A stretch of DNA of 41,838 bases from a virus. Its lineage: Duplodnaviria; Caudoviricetes. This document shows positions 37,801 through 41,838 of this stretch, one piece after another. The notes below the pieces were generated by a model that had not been told where the DNA came from, made no database searches, and saw only the letters and a list, made by a program, of their open reading frames with translations. Location: positions 1-41,838 of IMG/VR virus record IMGVR_UViG_3300013829_000027; one strand, given 5' to 3'. Position 1 is the stretch's first letter; every line of letters starts with the position of its first letter. A program made the position numbers and the translations under genes.

Positions 37801-38777
37801 CAGCTCGGAATTTTCAAGACAAGAAAATGACTCTAGATCTGATGCATCAATATAATATTGATGGTTATGGAAATGAGGAGAAGTATCAACAGGCGCTCTT
37901 CGATTTGCGTGAAGAATACTTGGATAAATATCTGGCAAAATATTTGGATGTTTCAAAAGCTGTTAGTGATATATCCGCAGACTTATCCGGTGCAATTGAC
38001 GGTTTTCAACGTGCAGAAGAAATGTCTGTTTCCCGTAAATATGACAAAATAATAAAGGCAGCCGGAGAGAACAAAAATAAGGTTGCCAAACTGGAGGAAG
38101 AGAAAGAGGCTGCCATTCACGCTGTACGAGCTAAATATGCCGACAAACAGTTTATTATTACTGTCGCCAATGTGATAGCATCCACAGCAACTGCTGCCAT
38201 GGAGTCTTACAAAGCTATGGCCGGCATTCCGGTTGTTGGTCCTGTTTTGGGCGCAACCGCCGCAGCTGCTGCAGTATTATACGGTGCCGGACAAATTTCT
38301 ATTGCAAAGCAACAGCGAGATGCTGCAAAAGAGGGTTATGCAGGGGGAGGATATACCGAAAAAGGGAACTGGTGGGAAGAAGATGGAAAGGTGCATAAAA
38401 GCGAATTTGTAGGAAACCGGTTTGCGGTTGCTAACCCAACTGTTAAGAAAGTTTTTGATGTGGTTGATCAGGCTCAGCGAAACAATACTGTTGGGAGCCT
38501 ATCGGAGCGTGATTTTCAAACGGCTTTGAACTACAACGAACATACTTACCGGAAGGTGGTTGACGATATTTTCTCGCGTTATAACCCGGTACAGGAAGGA
38601 ACAGAAAATAATAACATGATGGCAGCCGCTTTAATTAAATCGGCAACGGCCAGCGAAAAACTTGCAGAACGGCTTAACGATCCTATTGTAGCTGAAACTT
38701 ACATAGAAGGAAAAGGTGGCAGCAAACAGGCTAACGATTTGTATAATAAAATGAAGAAAAACGTTTCGAGATCATGA
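34863..38777 (+). CDS. Tail tape measure protein (TP901-like core)
   Basis: 1304 aa helical; ADVSKTTGL, DTRT.REQL, GSAINELGQ, SATALQK; C-terminal GIPVVGP and GYAGGGYT. Confidence 0.9.
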   Translation: MNTNTVVLTTLLNGEQAKRELDDLKVKAKTLALSIDDARKAGNHTFAKELTRDLAKTRNEMRALQRQTIDVNKVLNNLSTAKPKELKSVLSSLNQQLNSGNIKRGSREWDHLQTSIRKVRSEINKIAVESHVAESRMSRMANGFNKYFAGTMAIIGTITGVSFTLRKLSEDMAKMDDKYADVSKTTGLAREEVVALNEEFKKMDTRTAREQLNELARDAGKLGKSAQDEVMQFVRAGNQINVALGEDLGEGAIRNIGKITEVFKLSTRELDGMNLEQRMLAVGSAINELGQSSTANEAYLVNFTQRLGGVASQAGISVQDILGYASALDQSGQAVEMSATALQKFIMSVMGDPAKFARIAGVEVSKFNQLLKTDTNEAIKMVLKSLSEKGGFQQLIPVFQEMGLNGARAVGVLSSLATNIHLVDEAQRISNESFREGTSLTNEYNVKNNNLMAQLEKRRKEFKDAALELGERLNPALLKSTNYVTYLIKILPGVLDFLDKYGPTLLKITSLILAYNVGIKLQTTWIKLALIEKTKLFIANQKEIAQQTILALRFVFTSGSAKQLNTSLKALWTTTKLNPLGLLITVITAVGYGVYKWSQNNAKLLTQQSAMININKQVANSVGQERAELDMLLGIARNEKISKDERLKAIRKLNEISPEYLGNLNLENINTNSARIAVEKYTKALMDNARQKAIGDNMSELYSIRLKKEAEITEQRARAEGAGSEIRNIVDRKIQSIQREIANIDKQITVYQNLSDALAENKTVSEDSYATRWQQLEKEKQLLEDLKKQHADLYNAQQPSGVLKDSAGPTWGTQTDIDGKTQLAFLAERIQRQKAIVAEKEKELKATREIKKIENDFEYQPEFDEKEWKKEKKRRENELKKAHSLELNDIKTKFIEKRITEEQFNRETYLAEARHLIAMIALKKKLSEDTTDLETQLTDKLVNETNRRYKLLQDVKGQMADGVKTGKGKYREEAVDEDYSARNFQDKKMTLDLMHQYNIDGYGNEEKYQQALFDLREEYLDKYLAKYLDVSKAVSDISADLSGAIDGFQRAEEMSVSRKYDKIIKAAGENKNKVAKLEEEKEAAIHAVRAKYADKQFIITVANVIASTATAAMESYKAMAGIPVVGPVLGATAAAAAVLYGAGQISIAKQQRDAAKEGYAGGGYTEKGNWWEEDGKVHKSEFVGNRFAVANPTVKKVFDVVDQAQRNNTVGSLSERDFQTALNYNEHTYRKVVDDIFSRYNPVQEGTENNNMMAAALIKSATASEKLAERLNDPIVAETYIEGKGGSKQANDLYNKMKKNVSRS

Positions 38778-40687
38778 CTCAGTTATTTATCAACGGACAG
38801 GAAGTTGTTTTGCCTGAAAAGTTTTCGTGCAAATTTGTGAACGAAAATCCTTTATTTACCAAAGCGGGAGATTATACGCTCAACATAACGCTTTCGCTTG
38901 AAAATCCGGTAAATACTAAAATTTTCAAACATATAAACCGAATAAACAGTTTATCGAGGTTTGAAAACAGAACGGCTATTTTGGTGAGCGATCTTGAAGT
39001 GATTATTAAAGGTAAAGAGGTGATTTTGGGGTATAGCAACAAAGAGGTTCAAATTCAGATTGTTGCAGGGAATAGTAGTTTGAATTATCTTATTGGTAAT
39101 GATCTGAACTTGCGTAGCCTGAACCTAGGGACAGCAGTAATTAATAAAAATGAAATTGTTCCCAATTTAAAAAAGAATTATCCTGAGGTTGATTTTCATT
39201 TATTACCATTTTATGATCCGGATTCAGATTTTGTGGGGAATAGATATACCTATGGAATGAATCAGGCGCGGACGGGATGGGTTTTAAGATATGCTTACGA
39301 TGGTGAAGCAGCTCCTAAATTAACTTTACATGATGATTCATCGCATTTTTATGAGTATATGCCGGAAGATAATAATTATATTAGATATCCGATTGTTTAT
39401 GAAAATTACAGACCGCAACCTTATATTGGCGCTATTCTTAAGAAGGTTTTTTCAGCTTTAGGTTATGAATTTGAAAATTCATTGGATAGTCATTCCATTT
39501 ATAAATTTGCTTACATTGTACATGCGAACGACACGTTAACATTTGCGAAAATGCTTCCAAATTGGTCCGTTAGTAAGCTATTAGAAGAAATTGAATCACT
39601 TTTCGATTGTACAATTATCGTAGATAATGCTATGATGACAGCTAAACTTATTTTCAATCATCATTATTATAACGATACAAGCGAGGAGAATGTTATTATG
39701 CTTGATGATTTTGAAGCTGATATAGAGGATGATGATGAGAAAATGATATTGGAAAAAAACATATCGTATAATCTTCCTGATTCTGAATATTATAAATATC
39801 AAAATTTACCGAAAGAAATAACAGATGCATTGCACGTTATTAATACCGGATATCCAACGGATTCGCAAAATATTGAAGAAATTGCAACTTGGATAGGAAA
39901 CAGAACAACTATAATCATCAATGAAAACCCGCATAATTTATACAAAAGTTTAGCCTTGCAATTTATTGAATATATTGAAGGAAATGAGGCTATTGCAAAA
40001 GTAGTAAATGATTACCTTCCATTGAAAAATAATAATTCTGAAAATATTGATTTAAGGCTAGATATTATTCCTGCTGAATTTTTCGTTAAACCTTGGACTA
40101 TGTATTATTTTACTCAAAACAGTGATATATTTAGCATGGTTTGGCAGTTGCCTATTGCAAGAAGTCATTCGGAACCTGTAATAGCTAAACAGGAAGGAAG
40201 TAGCTTGGTTACCCCAATGGTTCAGGATTTTGTTGAAGGAAAAGACAATTACTCCGCAATTGAAGACAACAATACTGCTTCCCAAATGTCAATTGCTTTC
40301 TATAACAGTACCTACAACGACATATTTAATCAGGGCGGAATTACAACTGATAATAATGGTAAAATTCCATTTAGCTTTGTGCGATTTATTTCTGAAAGAG
40401 TTAAGTTAACGGATAAACAATTTTATCAATTATCCGCCCAAAATGGTGTTTATGTAAATCCATTGTCTTTAAGTTTTCTTTATAATGAAATTTATTCAAA
40501 AACTGATAAAGTTGATACAAGTAAAACTTATAAGATACGTTTCTTGAATCCAACCAAAAAACTTGATCCAAAACGAATTTTCATCATCGGCAACCGTAAA
40601 TTTTACTGTAAAAAAATTGAACGAAGTATCAATATTGATGGATTTGAAGACATTATTTACGGAGAATTCTATGCTGAAAAAGATTAA
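38774..40687 (+). CDS. Tail tip/hub structural protein
   Basis: ATGA-coupled to the tape measure gene; ENPLFTKAGDYT, LPNWSV. Confidence 0.6.
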   Translation: MTQLFINGQEVVLPEKFSCKFVNENPLFTKAGDYTLNITLSLENPVNTKIFKHINRINSLSRFENRTAILVSDLEVIIKGKEVILGYSNKEVQIQIVAGNSSLNYLIGNDLNLRSLNLGTAVINKNEIVPNLKKNYPEVDFHLLPFYDPDSDFVGNRYTYGMNQARTGWVLRYAYDGEAAPKLTLHDDSSHFYEYMPEDNNYIRYPIVYENYRPQPYIGAILKKVFSALGYEFENSLDSHSIYKFAYIVHANDTLTFAKMLPNWSVSKLLEEIESLFDCTIIVDNAMMTAKLIFNHHYYNDTSEENVIMLDDFEADIEDDDEKMILEKNISYNLPDSEYYKYQNLPKEITDALHVINTGYPTDSQNIEEIATWIGNRTTIIINENPHNLYKSLALQFIEYIEGNEAIAKVVNDYLPLKNNNSENIDLRLDIIPAEFFVKPWTMYYFTQNSDIFSMVWQLPIARSHSEPVIAKQEGSSLVTPMVQDFVEGKDNYSAIEDNNTASQMSIAFYNSTYNDIFNQGGITTDNNGKIPFSFVRFISERVKLTDKQFYQLSAQNGVYVNPLSLSFLYNEIYSKTDKVDTSKTYKIRFLNPTKKLDPKRIFIIGNRKFYCKKIERSINIDGFEDIIYGEFYAEKD

Positions 40688-41838
40688 ATACCAGGGAAAT
40701 TCTTCTTCAGATACGTATTACGGTTACCGAAACGTTTTTTCAAGTATTCTACCGTTGTTTCCAGGTTCTTATGTCGCATGTGGGCTTGAATGTCAAAAAT
40801 ATTAGCATTATTTATTACGAGTTCCTGGGAACTTGAATGTTTGAAACTGTATAGTTTTACATCACTTGGCAACCCAAGCCGTTCCCTTACTTTTACAAAT
40901 CGATAACCGAGTGTGTTTTTTCCTAACGGATCCGGACCTGGTTGTCCGTTTTTCCCGAAAACATATAACTCACCATCCTTCAAATGTAGTTTCCAAACAT
41001 CCACAATGAGATTGTATAGATGATCAGGAATATCAATAGTTTCGGTTCGATTATTTTTAGACAGTTCATTAATAACCGTTACACATTGTGCACTGAAGTT
41101 GATATTTTTTATTTTTAAAAAACGCAATTCTGCGCGTGGTCGGATAGCTGTAAAATAAACAAAGTTGATTGCAAGCCATAATTGAGGATCGTCTTGTTCA
41201 CATTCCCGTCTGAACATTTCTCGAATTCTTTCCGGTATTGAAGCCGGAGACATATCAACAATTTTACCTAATCGGGGAATATCTACGTCAAATGGATCAT
41301 CGATTTTTATTTTTTTTATTTTACGAATGAATTTAAATAGTTCGCTCAGTACTTGCCGGTACTTTGTCACCGTTGCACGCGACATTCCTTTATCGTGCAG
41401 TTTTCTCAAAAATGCAACCATGAAATCATTGTCATAAAATGACAGTTCTCTATTTTCGCACTTCTCCGATTCAAGGTAAAAGCAGAATTGGCGTAGCTTT
41501 GAACGATAATCATCCAATGTGGATTTGTTTACTTCTGGTGTTTTATGCTTCAGATAGTCGCTAATCATAGGTTTTATATATGATTTTTCGGTAGAAAGCC
41601 CGGGAGAAAATGTTTGGCTGTTTTTATACGCTAATTCATCGCTGAAAGGTTTTAATTCTGCCCACGGCCGCCATCCCGACTCAATTTTATTCGTCCATTC
41701 ATCAATATACTTATCGGCCAGTTCCATACGTTCGTAGTATGTAGTAAGTTCATTGAAACCTTCGTAAATTCTTTTTTGAATTTTTTCTCCTGAAATCGGA
41801 TGAGTAAGCACGAATTCAACGTACCATTGTTTTTTCAT
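40684..41838 (-). CDS. int: Tyrosine recombinase/integrase (N-terminus may extend beyond the window)
   Basis: SAM-like ST..DY.SKL; catalytic IRP..EL, SKN, YSFKH, MRHKNLETTVEY. Confidence 0.9.
   Translation of the reverse strand: MKKQWYVEFVLTHPISGEKIQKRIYEGFNELTTYYERMELADKYIDEWTNKIESGWRPWAELKPFSDELAYKNSQTFSPGLSTEKSYIKPMISDYLKHKTPEVNKSTLDDYRSKLRQFCFYLESEKCENRELSFYDNDFMVAFLRKLHDKGMSRATVTKYRQVLSELFKFIRKIKKIKIDDPFDVDIPRLGKIVDMSPASIPERIREMFRRECEQDDPQLWLAINFVYFTAIRPRAELRFLKIKNINFSAQCVTVINELSKNNRTETIDIPDHLYNLIVDVWKLHLKDGELYVFGKNGQPGPDPLGKNTLGYRFVKVRERLGLPSDVKLYSFKHSSSQELVINNANIFDIQAHMRHKNLETTVEYLKKRFGNRNTYLKKNFPGI

Larger units (their letters stand above)
1..41838. mobile_element. Temperate siphovirus-like prophage of Bacteroidota (ends lie outside the window)
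   Basis: Integrase, terminase, portal, Clp head protease, capsid, tape measure and amidase all present; near-unidirectional gene layout. Confidence 0.95.

Noticed and set aside
649-40285. Numerous short minus-strand and alternate-frame ORFs
   Set aside because: Shadows of longer + strand genes with no recognisable motifs
1-41838. attL/attR, CRISPR arrays, rRNA, IS elements, stop-codon recoding
   Set aside because: No terminal repeat, repeat-spacer array or transposase seen; genes are intact under the standard code

Overview
A near-complete temperate siphovirus-type prophage of a Bacteroidota host, inferred from the TAnnTTTG promoters, AT-rich leaders and protein families. The window runs from the ATG of a Cro-like gene to the start of a minus-strand tyrosine integrase; no repressor or att sites are visible. 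Almost all genes are on +. Layout: early/replication genes (LuxR-HTH, PAPS-reductase-like, ASCH-like, VapE ATPase, origin-like repeats; 1-7.2 kb); head, tube and packaging genes (7.7-14.7 kb); an accessory island with ArdC-N-like, SymE-like and secreted genes plus a c4/CI-like antisense RNA switch (15.2-18.4 kb); then scrambled late modules (u-spanin, portal, holin/amidase, connectors, a 1901-aa LamG/CotH-kinase/LRR protein, collagen tail fibre, tape measure, tail tip). The strongest unexplained signal is an exactly spaced motif, GTCTTTT-N20-TAnn(T/G)T(T/C)G. It occurs six times, once in front of each late module, and looks like a phage-specific late promoter regulon. All family assignments come from motif recognition by eye; no database search was run.
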